Assembly (NCBI RefSeq): GCF_021028975.2
Contig: NC_059426.1
Span: 144,646,001 to 144,710,000 of the forward strand
DNA length: 64,000 bases
Direction: 5' to 3'
From: Sphaerodactylus townsendi
Lineage: Eukaryota
Shown here: in pieces, positions 24,344 to 37,680 of the stretch
How positions within the stretch are numbered: the stretch's first letter is position 1
Layout of the letters: each line of letters starts with the position of its first letter
The notes under the pieces: generated by a model
What the model saw: only the letters and a program-made list of their open reading frames with translations
What the model was told of the DNA's origin: nothing
Database searches by the model: none
Made by a program: the position numbers and the translations under genes

Positions 24344-26513
24344 CTATAATATTGAAATATTCCCTCAACCCCTAAGCACACATAAAAATTAAATCCAAGC
24401 AGGAAGTTTTTTCAGCCTAGATTTTTCCTGGACATTTTTTTAAAAATACAATACACATAATTTGAATTTGGGAACACCCAACACACCTCATGTTTCTTCA
24501 CAGCCTGTTAAAATGCAACCCAAGAAAAACAAGAGAAGAGCCTGTCTTCTTACCCTTGGCCAATTCAACTCCAGGTGACTCCAGAACTTGCAGAGCCACA
24601 GCACAGCACAAGTCAGGAGGACAGGAAAGAGGGCTCTAAAATGTTAATGCCCCCAAAACTCTTCTCCTCCTGTCAGGTTCAGAATGCTCTCTAAGCCCTG
24701 CAGGCTCAAAGCCTACCATAGCCTCTGTCAATGTGTGGCCCCAGAAAGAAAGGACAGGAAAACAAAGACTTGAAAAGTCCTGCATGTGTAGGAGCAGAGG
24801 GTGCCTTGGTCAAAGGAAGGCAGGAAATCAGTGAAGCCAGTGAAGGTTACCTGGGGTCTATGTCTCTCACTGCATAGAATTTGACATCTTATTGAACCTC
24901 TACTCAGGAACCTTTAGCTCCCTTTCCTTTTTGCTCTCTATAGTCTGACCTAACAGCTGTAGCTTCTGCCTTACCAAGGGCTGTGATTCCCCTCTGAGAC
25001 CCAGGATCTCCCTCTCCCTTCCCCACACTCCCTATTAGCAGGAAATTGGGTATGCACACTGTAGAATGAGCCATCTCTTCCGGACAATTTGGCCTCCCCC
25101 ACCTCCTAGCAGTAGCCTAATCAGAGGAAGGAGTGCATGTTCTGCAAATCTCTTATGTGCAATTGAGCCTCCCCATCTCCTGCCACAGCCCCCTCTCTGC
25201 CTGCCACCCTGGGCACCTGACCCCTCACCCCCCTAGATCCAGCCTTGAAAATCTGGCAGAGTATAAATTCCCATTGAAATAGATGGCTGGCTTAAATTTT
25301 CACTTCATTCAGGCCTATTGTGCATCTTCCCAATGATGTTCAATTAGCCTAATAGTGTAACATATTGTGCTACATTATTGCATTTCTTTTTTCAGAACCC
25401 ACAGTTGTTCACAAATTTGTTGCTATTTTTGAGAAATTTATCGGTGCCAAGTACATATACATTTTTCACTCTCAGAAATTTAAAGTCATGGATGTTCATT
25501 AGTTTCCAGCTTCTTTCTTTTTCAGTGAACAGGAAGGTTACAAGACTTTGAGAATGATCTGAAAAAGACACATACATCTCAATTTCTGAAACTGGGCAGG
25601 CCTGGATCCAGCTATTACCTGCGTGGGAAACTGTCAGGGAAACAGATTCCCTCTCTCCTCCCACTAGACTAGACCATGTATCCAGCATCTTCTCTCTGTC
25701 CACTTCTTGCTTCTGTACATTTGTTTAGCCCTTAAGATGCCACAGGATTGTTGGGGCAGATCCAAACAGAAGAAACGAGCAAATAAATCACCTGACTTCA
25801 TATAGGTTTTGAGGGACAGAGCTTTCCTGTAAGGCTGGGTTTTTAATTGCAGACTATGACCCTTCTTTTTAATAAATTTTAAGCCTGTAAACATATCTCT
25901 GCATCTTCTGTCATTGGCAGGTGTCTCTTATGGGATAAATCACCAATGAGGCCACTTTGTGGTTTTCAGAGGCTCCACCCCTGGGAAAGCTTAGAAGAAC
26001 TGCTTTGAAGTGTTATTTAGTGGAACTATGTGCCTGATGCATACCTCTGAGGCAACTGCACATCAGCGGTGGGTAAAATGATCAATAGAGTCTGTATATA
26101 GTAATTTTTATTTATTGAACAGTGTGAGAAATCCTTGATGACTTGAACAAAAAGGAAAGGGTCTTGGCTCTGTCTCGAGATTTAGAAAAGAGGGAACAGA
26201 CAGCATGTTTCCATTTATCTACATGGTAAATGCTTGTCACTGTAGCATCTAAGGAGTGTACGCAGATTGCTGAAAAATATAGGACCTGTCTGTAAGAGAC
26301 AGCCAATTTGTCATCAAGTTATAGTCAATTTTTGACTGTGAACCTTAAGTACAATACTGGGGTTTTTGTTTTGCTCTTTCTTAGGTACAGGCTCATAAGC
26401 AGTTAACTTCAACTTGATAAAGCTACAAGTCACAGTGGAGGTTAGTTCACACATGCAGGTGCACTGCTTGGAGTTACCAGTGCATCATTATCTATCACTT
26501 AATGACTTGTGGA

Positions 26514-26563
26514 TGAATGTGTGAACTGATTCCATCCCTGAATGTGTGAACTGATTCCATCCC
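26514..26563. repeat. Perfect 25-bp tandem duplication
   Basis: TGAATGTGTGAACTGATTCCATCCC x2. Confidence 0.9.
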
Positions 26564-26823
26564 TAAGTAATACCTCTGAGCAGGGGTGTACCTCCCAGGG
26601 GGACATATGGGGACAAATGTCCCAGGCAGCCCCCATTTAGTCACATGAAGGGTAAAAAATCGGCCCCCACACACCTCCTCCTTCCCCCTGGATCCCGCGT
26701 GGCTGATGCTCTCTGTAGAAGGAAGAGTCCACCCCTCTGCAGATAGCACACTGGCCCAGCTGCACCAAGGACACTGCTGGGCCAACCCTGCTGCTGCCCC
26801 ATCCATGCGCCTTCTGGGTGGCC

Positions 26824-26837
26824 CCACCAGGTGGCAG
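26824..26837 (+). promoter_or_regulatory. CTCF-like motif CCACCAGGTGGCAG
   Basis: Close match to the CTCF core consensus CCASYAGRKGGCRS. Binding is not demonstrated. Confidence 0.45.
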
Positions 26838-28164
26838 AGCAAGTTGGGAAGGTGAGTCCCACAGGCTCCTGGCCTTTGCTGGCCTCCAGCCCTCTCCTTG
26901 CCCCAGAGGCCACCTGGGGATGGGGCCAGAAAACTCAGTTCTTGACCTGGGCTCTATTTTCTGTCAATACACCACTACCTCTGAGCCAATACAAAAAAAA
27001 AACTTTTTGTGAACTTTGATCTGTAATTCACCGTTTCACACATACAAATCACCCACTGGTGTTGCATCCAGACTGGTGAATATGTACGTGTAAATTGTTC
27101 ACAGATGGTGGACTCACTTAACATTTGCGGCACACAAATCTAGGGTGATTATAAACATCTAACCATACCAGGGATGTGCCAAACTGTCACTAGTAGAAAA
27201 ATTTTGGTGGAAAGGTGGCTTGCAAGAGACACAAGATGCTTCCTGAACCTTCAGTTAATGTTCCTTTTTCAGTGCTGTCTGTTGCTGTAGTTAATTATAG
27301 CATCCACCCTTTCTTCTATTCCTTCACCACAATTTTTATTTATTTAGAAAATGTATATTCTGCCTCTCCAGTACGCTGCTTAAAGCAACTCACAACGTAA
27401 AAGCAAACATAATAAAATCATAACATTGACAACGTAAGAATTATCAATGAGAAAACAAATTGTTTTTAGGAGTCTTCAACTTTGCTGTACTGTTGTGGTC
27501 AATCCCATAGGGATTATGATGTCACAAAACTGCTTAGCCAATCAGAGTTTTCTACATGATGAACTGTGCAATCCTAAACAGATGGGGGTTTTTAATTCAG
27601 AGGGAAAAAAATCTCCCTAGTCTTATACATTCTAACGAGAGTATTATCTTGTAGCTTATGGGCTTCTTTTCTTCATGAACGGAGAGGGGTGGGGAGGCCT
27701 GTGCTGAAGACATAAAATTCTGCAAGCTGTTCTGCAAGCAACACCTGAAGAATTACATGTTATATGTGAGGTGGCACGAAGAGAAGCCTTTTCATATTAA
27801 TGAGTTGTAATTAAGGTATTCTCCTTTATGCAGAAGTCATCCTTTCTAATTTCAGAGCCATTTACTCACAAGGGTACAAGGGGTGATACTGTTAAGAAGA
27901 AAGAACTTTTTGATCAATATTTTATGTAGTCACCTGACCTTTTAAAACAGATTCTGCCCATGTCTGAAACATAAGGCCTGAGCCCTAATATTTCTCTCCA
28001 CACTAAGCCAACAACAATAGAGGCACCCTCAACTGTGACTTAACTGCGTCAAATGATGTCCAACGTGGTTTGTTGCTTGCCTGGTGCTTTGTACCTCTAC
28101 AGTTTTTGGAATTTCAGCATGAAAACAAGTGTGATATATCAAGCCCCTGATGTGTCAGCACATC

Positions 28165-28350
28165 TATTTTATTTAGATATTTATACCCTGCTTTTCTAAT
28201 AGGAGCCCCAACCCTGCTTTACCATTGCAGCAAAAACCGCATAAGGTAGGTTTGGCTCAGAGTGTGTGATTGACCCAAGGTCACCTACCAAGCTTCTGTT
28301 GACGGCTGGGGATTCCAGTTTGACACTACAACCACTGACTATACCATGCG
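28165..28350 (-). mobile_element. Degenerate squamate SINE
   Basis: TTTATTTAGATATTTATACCCTGCTTTT tail through ...CCCAAGGTCACC...ACTATACCA head, on the minus strand. Confidence 0.6.
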
Positions 28351-28869
28351 GTCCTCTTGACTGGTAAGCTGCATTTGGTTTGGGGGAGTCCCAAGTTTTA
28401 CAGGCTAACAGGATCTCTGACAATTGGGTAATTTCTAGCTTTTGTCCTTATGATACTCTCCTTTCACAGGATCATCATAATGGTTTTATTTAAATGAATG
28501 CCATAGCGATGGTGATGTAAGCCATAATAGCTGGCTCCTGTTTCCCCTGGAAGCTGAAAGGCAGTGGCTCTTGCCTGGGCCAGAAGGATAATTGGGAGCC
28601 TTCAGTGTGTCCTCAGGATAAAGGTGCTGCTGCAGGTGACCAAATTGTCTGAGGAGGGACCATGTAAGCCTACATAATTTTGCCTGCTGCTGATCATTCT
28701 CTTGCTGTCCTGTAGAACCAGGTCACGAGACTATAAGCTTTCTGGCATAGAAACATCTAAACATTTTGTTAAGATTTGATTAGAGCTCATAAGACCCCTG
28801 GGTACCACTGGGATACAACACAAGCATAAAAAGGGGGTCAAAAGACAGTCTGCGTGTTTTTTGCTGGAT

Positions 28870-29105
28870 CAGGATCATGAGTTGGGATTCTAAATATCTA
28901 ACTACAGCCACTGTGGAGCCCCAGTGAGCGTTAGACCAAAAATTTGGGAGATCTTCATCAAATCCCCCCAATCTGTTATGAAGCTCATCGGGTAATCTTA
29001 GGCCAGTCATTTTCTTTCAAGGATGCTTGGCAGGATTATTGTGAGAATAAAATGAGGTTGAGAGAATTACGCAGATTTCCTTCAGCGCTTAGAGGAAGGC
29101 TTTTG
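28870..29105 (+). mobile_element. Degenerate SINE
   Basis: GGGAGATCTTCATCAAATCCC...GAAGCTCATCGGGTAATCTTAGGCCAGTCA...GGATTATTGTGAGAATAAAATG body. Confidence 0.5.
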
Positions 29106-29689
29106 AACAATGTAAACGTGACTTGTGTGGTGTACTGAATGGAACTTCCTTGAGTCATGTGCCCCCCCCCCCTGCAATGGGACAAACTTTTGATCTGGAG
29201 GTAGAAATTGGGGTTAATTTTATGCTATTTTTATTGTTTTGTTTTTTATAATTTATTTAAAATGTTTTTATTTGGATTTTAAAATTGTTTTTACCCTCTG
29301 CAAGCTGCCTGGAGACTTTGGTGTGAAATGGGGTATAAATATTTATTAATAAGTAAATAAATTGCTTTTGAAATGGTCTTCGCCAATTGGCCTGAGCTGG
29401 GGCAGGAAAGTCTACACTTCAAAGAAAAAAACAAATCCCACTAGGCATATCCAAGTCTGTGGAATTGCCCGAAAAAGATTTTTGGGCCCCCGGATCTTAT
29501 TTATAAATCTGGTATAATGAGCCCTGGGGATTCTAGGATACCATGGTATTTTACAACACCCCACCCCCCTCTTTAAATAATAGTAACAAGGATGACATAT
29601 TAATTCATTATTATGTTGCAAGCTCGAAAACCCACACACTACGGCATTGAGGGCTTGTAGTTAGGGCAACTAATCGGAGCCAGGATGTG

Positions 29690-31055
29690 TGAAAATGAGC
29701 CGCTCCTGCTAAATTCCCAAGCCCCGGGGAAGTACAACCTGCATCGTGCTTCCCTTTTGCCATGACTCACAGCAGACACCAGCGTGGACGCAACCCTACG
29801 AAATAAGCACAGACATGCATATAGTGGAAAGAAAGGTGTTGGAGCCCATTTAACCCTTTTAAAAAATCGAATCCCTCTTAGAAAAAAAATTGGCAGAAAA
29901 GTCCCCGCCCCCCGTACGCGAAATGCTGCCGCGATGTATGTAGATTGCGAATTCGAAGCGCCTGCCATTCGCCCGCTGGAGTAAAACCCCTGGAATAAGT
30001 GGTGTGCCCCCCGCTTCGATCAATACAAAACCCAGACGTGGTCTTTGCGTGGGGGAGCACCGTGGGCCGCTTGAGGGAACAGACTTGCAGAACTTGACCA
30101 ACACCACCAATGCTATTGCAAACAGGTCCAGCGCTTCCGACAAGGAGTAGAGCTCGTGGGGGATAAAGCAGAGCAAACATTTTTTTAAAAAAATTAAATC
30201 AAATCCTTGCATATCGTTTTCTTTACTTGTAGGGAACTCTGGCTCTGTAGAGCCCCTCCACACGATGCGAAGCTGTCCCGTCGCTTTTCGCTTACTTCTG
30301 GAGCGCCCACTTGGCTTCATCCCCCCGCAAACGAGACGCGGCTTTCCCCCGGAGCAGCAGCCAGCGCGCGTTATCTCCCTTTCCCAGGCGGTGGGTGCAG
30401 GGTGAGAAAAACCGGGGCCGGCGCGCACCTGCCTCTGAGTCATCCCGGGCTGGAGGATGTCCCCAGATTACATCTGCTCAGCTGCTTGGCGAGGGAGCTT
30501 CGGGAGGAGCGCGAGCCTGGCGAGCCGCCGCCTGTCTCTTTAAAGGCCGGGCCCCGCGCGCCGGGGAGGGCGGGGCCGCCTCTGGAGCGCGTGAAATTCC
30601 TGGGCTGCTCCGGCAGTCTCGGGCAGAGCGCGCCGCTCGACGCAGCTCCTCTCGCGCGCCACGCTCGGCCGGGGGAGAGGCGCGCCAAAGCTGCCCCCCG
30701 CAGCCCCCAGCCAGTCAGGAGCCCCTCAGCCCCCGCCCTCCGGCCCCCCACCCAGCCCCGCCACACCCTTCTGGAGGATTCACTCGGGATTCTTACCACC
30801 CCCCAAGAGGAAAACAGCCCCAAGAGTTGACTAAAGCACCCCAGTCTCTTCTCGACGACCCAGGTAAGGCTTGGGGGGGAGGGAATTGTTCTCCCTTTTT
30901 TTGGTGAAGAGAGGGTGAAGAAAGGAAAGCCCTGGATGGAATACAAACCTGCAAGTAAAGTGGTCGTGACCTGGTGGAAGACGCGGCTTGGAAGGTGTTG
31001 GGGCTGGAAGTTCGTCTCGCGGGAGAGCTTGCAAGAACGCCGGGCTTTTCATCCC
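29690..31055 (+). promoter_or_regulatory. CpG-island promoter of an unidentified + strand gene
   Basis: Very high GC and CpG density against a CpG-depleted background. Contains a GC box GGGAGGGCGGGGCC (~30564-30578) and TATA-like TTTAAA (~30539-30544). No TIR or TSD hallmarks. Confidence 0.85.
30590..30863 (+). other. Putative non-coding first exon (start approximate), donor CAG|GTAAGG
   Basis: Consensus donor at the 3' edge of the CpG island. There is no ATG between ~30590 and 30863. Confidence 0.6.
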
Positions 31056-34000
31056 CTAAAATAAAACTTGGCTCCCAAGAATCTCTGAGATGCTGAGAAT
31101 TTTGACCGGTGTTTCTCCACCCACTCCCTCTTGCATTTTATTTTGTCTTCTTCCCACCAGAAAGTAAGATAGGTTTTTTCCCTTCTTTTTTTGGAAGCAG
31201 CACACCTGGTCCAAAGGTGAGAAGCGCAAACTCCAAGCCATGACAGATCAAAATACTTTTTAAAAAAAATTTTTTTTTAGGACCAGTTCTGTGAAGACTT
31301 AAACTTTTTAAGTATTTACATTAAAGAGAGGATGTGCTAGATGAGATGATGACAGGGTTCTGTTTTAAAGTCCGATGCATTTGAGAAGAAATGGGAATCT
31401 TCCTTCAGTCCCCCCATGGTATTTTTAAACAACGAGAAAAGAAAATAGGTGAAAGACATAAAGGTTTCCTTCCCTTTCTACATTGAGTCTATTACGGAAG
31501 AATATTCCTTCTCCTCCTTCCATTTGTTTATATTAATGATTTAGTACCGGTGTCTTGCCTGAAAACTTCTACTACAAGCAATTGCTGTGAGCTTCCAGGC
31601 AAAGAGTGACCTTAAAGGTTGATTTGATAATTTCTTAAATGTAAAAAAAACACAAAAAAGCAGTGTGCGAAATATCCTGTATCCATTTTTCTCTTCCCCC
31701 CCTCCAAATCTTTAATTGTCTAATTTTTAATGCATGAAGGACAGTGATGTAATTCCTTTTCCAAAGGGTTCGGGCTCTAGTGCTGTGCAGGTGACCTGGT
31801 CTATTGTTTACTTTTGCATTTATGAAAAAATGGTTTCCTTACATTTACCTCTTTTTTTTAAAAAAAAACGATTTTCCACCTAAATGTACCAATTCCTCCT
31901 TTTATTTTTCACAGTTTTGGTTATGGAACAAATAAAAAATTAGTAGGTAATAAGACACCCCTCCCCCCAAAAGAGAGAAAGAGTGTGTAAAAATACCCAA
32001 AGAATTTAAAATATGGAATTCATTTCTAAATGGCAGTCTTTTCGTAACCAAATCGCTTCCCTCTTCTTCCAGATCTGCAGTTTTGTTGAATTATGTTTAA
32101 AACCAAACAATTTTTAAATATTTCTTTGGTTCCAACCTTGGATTTTCCCAAAGCTCGACATTCAGCCATTCAAGAGAGACAGATATTTTCATGACCGCTG
32201 ACTTGCACTTGTACCATGGTATATTTGAGAGACTGGTTTTTGCTGGAGTGATTTTTTAACTGGTCCAGCGAAAGTCAGGCTGAGAATGATCCTATCTAGG
32301 TGGAGAAAAGAAGACACCCAGAAGAGCTCGCTTGCTCGCTGTGTAGGGTCGGCCATTAATTCTACCAGAAGACGTAACAGTGCTGTAGCTCTTTCCAGTT
32401 TTTAAAATGCTCCATACGACTTAAGTTAGGCAAGTTGATCTAAAGGTTAGTGAGAATAGCCTTCTTTTTTTGGTGAGAGGTGGTTACCATCTTAGATTGC
32501 TTCCTTTTCATACGCATGGGCAGTGTTATTACGTGAACTGAAGCAAAATGTGTTCATCTGCTTGTCTCCCTTTTGCAAAATGCCCTGTCGTACTGGAAAG
32601 GGGAAAATAACTGGGTGTTGTATTGCCGAAAGCTTGGCGATGAAGAAAACAACTAGGGCTGCATTAATTGATTCCATGGAACATAAACGGTGTCATGCAG
32701 ATGGGGATTTTCTCTTTTTTTGAGTGTCTCCTGGTGGGGTATGCAGCTTTGAGGGGAGAAAATTATACTTAATTATTCTTGTCTTAAAAATTAAAACAGA
32801 AAATGATTGGGAAAAAATGGCACCCCAGGTAGATAAATATATAAATAAATGGAACGGAGGCCGCTACATTTGATTTCATCATGCCAATAATGATGGCTTC
32901 TTGATAGAGCTGATATCCGATGATATCACTGTTCTCCATGGCTCTACGCTGGCCTCATTTTGCACTGCGTTCCCACTGAACATGTTGACATGCTGCTGCT
33001 TATATAAGGGCAAGAATGAATTCAAGCGGATTAGTACTTGGGATTTTGAGATCGGCTACCCAGATTGCGTTGTGGGTTTTTTTTCCAAAAAAATTATTCT
33101 CGTTTGTTTGTTTGTTACTGTACATTTATTTATTATCATTGTCGTTCTTGATGGTTGGGAAATGGAAGGAAAAGATGGGAGGGAATCGGAAAATCATGGT
33201 GCGTGTGGTGGGAGATTGTGGTGATGCGGGGAGCTGCTTTCTTCAATAATGCCAGTGATGTGTGCTCTTTATATTTTTAAATACCCTCCATTATCTCTAA
33301 AAACACATTATTCTTTAGGCCATTGCTGAAAAGAAATAATGGGAGGGGTTATCTTAGTAAGGGGGCTTGATCTGGGAGTCATTAGCCCCACTGCTGCAGA
33401 AGCAAGATATAAGAAATCCATCTGCACTAAAGCTTGAGGAGGGGTTGCTGAAGGGAAAAGAAGGTAGGATGCATAAAGGGGGGAAAGGACAGATTGCCAA
33501 TTTTGGGATTAGAAGCAGAGAGCTGTTTATTTTTTTTAATAACCCTCTATTCTTTTTCTGCCATCCCCCTATTTTTCTGTCTGCACACCCTTTCTCCTCC
33601 TCCTCTCAGTTCTCCCCCCACCATGGGTAGACTTTTCGGCTCTTGACAAGAAAATTCTATGTTACCTCTTGATGGCTCTGCGGCTTTTTTTTCCGGCGTG
33701 TGTTTGTATGTGTGTGCATTGCAAAAGTGGCACAATGACCTTTGGTTCATGCCCCACGGATTCAGGCTCCCAATATGCGTGTGATCATGGATCGTACCAA
33801 TATTCAGGCAATAGGCCATGGTTTAATTCCGTTTTCCCCTTTAAGTTAAAAGGTTGGGTTGGGAGTGGGTTGATAGACATTGGACAGGGCTAGAAAACAC
33901 AGCAAATGCCAATTGCACCTCCATCCATTTTGCCGCTTGCTCTTGCTGTTCTATTTTTCCTGAGATGTTATGTTGCACAATATATGATTTGTGTGTTGGC

Positions 34001-35377
34001 GAAGGAGGGTGTGTGGTGAAGGCGGGGGGAGGTTCAAGAAGAGGAACAGTGTGTGTGCTTTTGTGTTATAAAGGAAACTGACTTGGTAATGGTAACGACA
34101 TTTTTTGGTCAAATGAATGCTTGGTGATAATGATTCTGTTTAACCATCCGTCAAATACATGCTTGCGACACATTGGAATAAAGGTTACTCCAGGGAACTG
34201 TGGATGAGCCAGGCATGCTCTGGGGAGCATGCAGCCTGCAACACTGGAAAGGACGACATGCAGGCAGGCACCCAACGCTGTCCTTCCTTTGTAAAGGCCA
34301 GATGTGTGTCCAACCTGGAGGGCATTGCAATAGAAAGAGAGAGAGAGAGGGAAGCGTGGGTTGTGTCACAGCCAGGGACTGAGCAAGTGTGTCTTCAGGC
34401 CTGTCCTCCTGCACTGTCCCTCCCAATACGCAGCTTTTGATCAGACGTTATGGAAATGTCATTGTCCCCATGCAGTTTGGTGCCGAAGGCTGCACGCTCC
34501 GCTTGTGTAAAGCTGGAGGGCAACGAATCATGGGTGATATGGGTGTGTGTGTGTACATAGTGGGGGAAGCAGACTCACCTTCCACAGTTACAGTGTGCAG
34601 GAGGGAGATACAGCTTTTTGTGGCCCAAAGAACGCATTACAACCCCACCTCCTGAAATGCCGCTGAGGTTTTTTTTAAACTAACAGCTTTCCAGACTCAG
34701 TGATGTTGCATGGGCGAATTTTTGGTAGGTAGTGAGTGGAGAGCTTGCACGCAGGTGTGGGAAAGGACATGACAGCAAGCCTTTGCTGAACACAAAGAAT
34801 TGCCAAATGTGTCGACAATTCTAAATCCCCTACTTTTCCCCCAGATCCTAAGGCCTGCTTCCCCGTACCTCAAGGGGAACATATTTTCTAGTTATGATCA
34901 GATAGGTGTCTGACAGTGCAGTTAGTGACTTGAATAGACATGATTTCTAATGCCTTCCCAGCAGTAGATTCTCCTTTGTTCATTGCGTTTGGATTGTATT
35001 GTTCAAAGTCTCTATGTTTTCTGCTTTCCTGGATGAGAACAACAAAGAACCAATGAAGGTGCTCAGGCTCTTAAGGTTTTCATCTGCCATTTGCTTTTCC
35101 TGTTCTTCTCTAAACTGACCTTGAGGGATTCTAACAAACAAGAGCCCAAGGAGTCATGATATGGGACTTAGAGAGCATACCGTTTGCACAGTCTTTGTGG
35201 AAGGATACAAGGAAATAGGGGATTCTTTACCTTTTGTCCGTCTCACAGCTAAACTGACCAAGTTTGTTCTTTCTTCCCCATTTAGCTGGCATATTCTTTG
35301 TTTTTGACAGATAGTGTGGGATTGCAGAAGAAGGACAGTGACAGTTAGGGGTTGACTAAACAACAGGCTGGGTTTAA

Positions 35378-35379
<2 letters not shown>

Positions 35380-35442
<63 letters not shown>
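35380..35442. repeat. Poly(T) tract, 63 nt
   Basis: Read directly from the sequence. It produces the poly-Lys ORF 35374..35667. Confidence 0.95.
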
Positions 35443-35443
<1 letters not shown>

Positions 35444-37533
35444 TTGCTGTGTTCCACTATGGATTTAGGGTTATCCCTATGCTCACCCTTGAAATGATGA
35501 TTTGTCAATAAACCTTTTAAAAACAGGGTTATATGAAGGGTCACAATTTTTTTCTGAACCCCCCTATAAAAACCCTCTAAAACCCCCAATTTAGGGAACA
35601 GAGCTCTGCCTGAACTGTGTCCATGTCCTGGACACAGGCTAGCTGAAAACAAATGTGTAATTGACATTCAACTAAAGATTTTCAATACGAAAATAGCAAT
35701 TTCCCAAAAATTCGGTTCAACTCTAATGAATTTTCAAGTCTGTTTTGCACTGGGATGCAGGAGATGTCATGTCTTTGGACGAACCTAGTTTCATTATGAA
35801 ATTGAAGTTCATGTCTCTCAGTTGGTTTGAAGTTTCTGCTGGATACGATTTTCCAGGTCCTGATCTCAAATAGTCCCATTAAAATTAATAGGACCTACTT
35901 CTGTTTAATGGGTTCAGCATTGGGGTGTATACCACTAAATGCCAATATTTAGGTAGGCGTGGGTCTGTTATTTGTGTGGTCTGTACCCAGCAAATGAGTT
36001 AAGAGCCTTGCAGTCTCTCTCACGTTAGATATAGCATAGCAGTAATCAGAATAGAGATTACACGTTCTGGTTTGTAGCATGGTCCAAAGCAACAACTTTA
36101 CATTTTGTCCTTGATTCGTTACTCCATCACCTTTGAGATTTAAGTACTGGTCATTACGATAAATGTTTGATCTCCTTAATCTTCACTTCCCATTCTAGCA
36201 AGCAGTTCTGCATAGCCTGCTGCAATTAGGTATATATAAGTGGACGTTCGGGAGTTGGCAGAAGCACTGCATCAGGGGTAAGGAGTATTGGACCCAAAGC
36301 AGTGACCTAACCACAGCCAAGGTCGAAACAGAACTGGCTCATTTTTTTATAATCTCCCAAACGCTATCCAAACTCCTTGATACACTTAGTTATTTTTACC
36401 AGCAAAACTAAGTCACTCGAGGTCTCTAAAGGTCATCCCTGCTATAGCAAAATGGAACTTTATTTAAAATAAAATAAAAGACTCTTCAGAGGGCTTGTGC
36501 TGCTACTTAGTTTTTTATGCAAGAGCCTTTGCAGCTGAGTCTTGACCTGTAAGTGTGGCCTTTGGCTGCAACTCTTGGGGCATTTTTTGGGGAATAAACC
36601 CATTGAATAACAGAAGACTTACTTCTGAGTAGATCTGCTTGTATGTGTTTGTAATCTGTTTCCTAAATAGGTGAGGTAGACGTCCACTCTCTTTTGGGTG
36701 TTGTATTTTATATCTTGCATTAACTGGAACTTCTTACCTACTAGATTCAGTAGCGTTACAAGGAAAGCACAAATATTTTCTTGCAGACATGTTATAAAGA
36801 AAAAGAGTAGCTTATTTGCTGTCATGAGAGGTGAATGTGGGACTCCACATTGGTCTCCTTAGAAATAATTTACCTTTGAAAGTCTGTACCAAGAAAATAT
36901 GTGTGAATTGTCCTGGCTCAACTTCTGTTTAGTAATAAATAACGTGAGTCAGCTTTTTATGGGCTTACCTTTTCAAGCTGCACATGGGAGAATATGTGTT
37001 TAAATATAGTCTGAGCCCAACTTGTTGATAAAGGGCAAAATAAAAGTTGAATTAATAATAAATAAATAAACCCCTGAGTAAACCACCAGGGAGACTCATG
37101 CTAACTTCGTCATGTTTCTGATTTTCTATATTAGGGGAAGAGTTTTGTTCCTTATGAGCCAAGTGTAGTTCCCTGCATGCCATCTGGAGTGGTCGTGTTC
37201 CGACACGGCTATGCTAAGTGATTGTTCAATGTGCTCTGAAACATTCAGCTTATCATGAATAAATGAAGCTTTTCAGTTATGTTTTTTTCAAAGTAGAAAA
37301 CAGGAAAGAAGGAAGAGCTGGAACTAATCTTTATTAGGTGGTGACAGTCGGGGTTGTAGGGCACTGTTTGTGAATCCCATCCCTTTATGTTTCTCACTGT
37401 ATATTTGTAATGCTACAGTTGTCCAATTCTTTCTGTTGTTGACATCAATACTTTTAAGATCGTTAATTATGAAATGCAGTTAGCAACTGGGGTACTCAAG
37501 AGCTGAGTGTTGGGGCCCCTTGAAGGTCTAGCA

Positions 37534-37680
37534 CGGGGTAGGGAACCTGCGGCTCTCCAGATGTTCAGGAACTACAATTCCCATCAGCCCCTACCAGCAT
37601 GGCCAATTGGCCATGCTGACAGAGGCTGATGGGAATTGTAGTTCCTGAACATCTGGAGAGCCGCAGGTTCCCTACCCCTG
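37534..37680. mobile_element. Palindromic hAT MITE with 8-bp TSD GTCTAGCA
   Basis: Near-perfect hairpin centred on GGCCAATTGGCC. TSD at 37526-37533 and 37681-37688. Confidence 0.92.

Noticed and set aside
26514-26563. CRISPR-like or other prokaryotic repeat array
   Set aside because: Simple two-copy tandem duplication without spacers, in clearly vertebrate DNA.
29859-30946. Long overlapping ORFs of 168-207 aa on both strands
   Set aside because: Low-complexity Pro/Ala/Arg/Gly translations expected from a stop-poor CpG island. No recognisable domain, and most start at non-ATG codons.
33620-33646. Kozak-context CCACCATGG as the gene start
   Set aside because: Reads MGRLFGS then stop. The possible donor GGTAGA is weak.
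35374-35667. Poly-lysine ORF
   Set aside because: Translation of the T63 tract.
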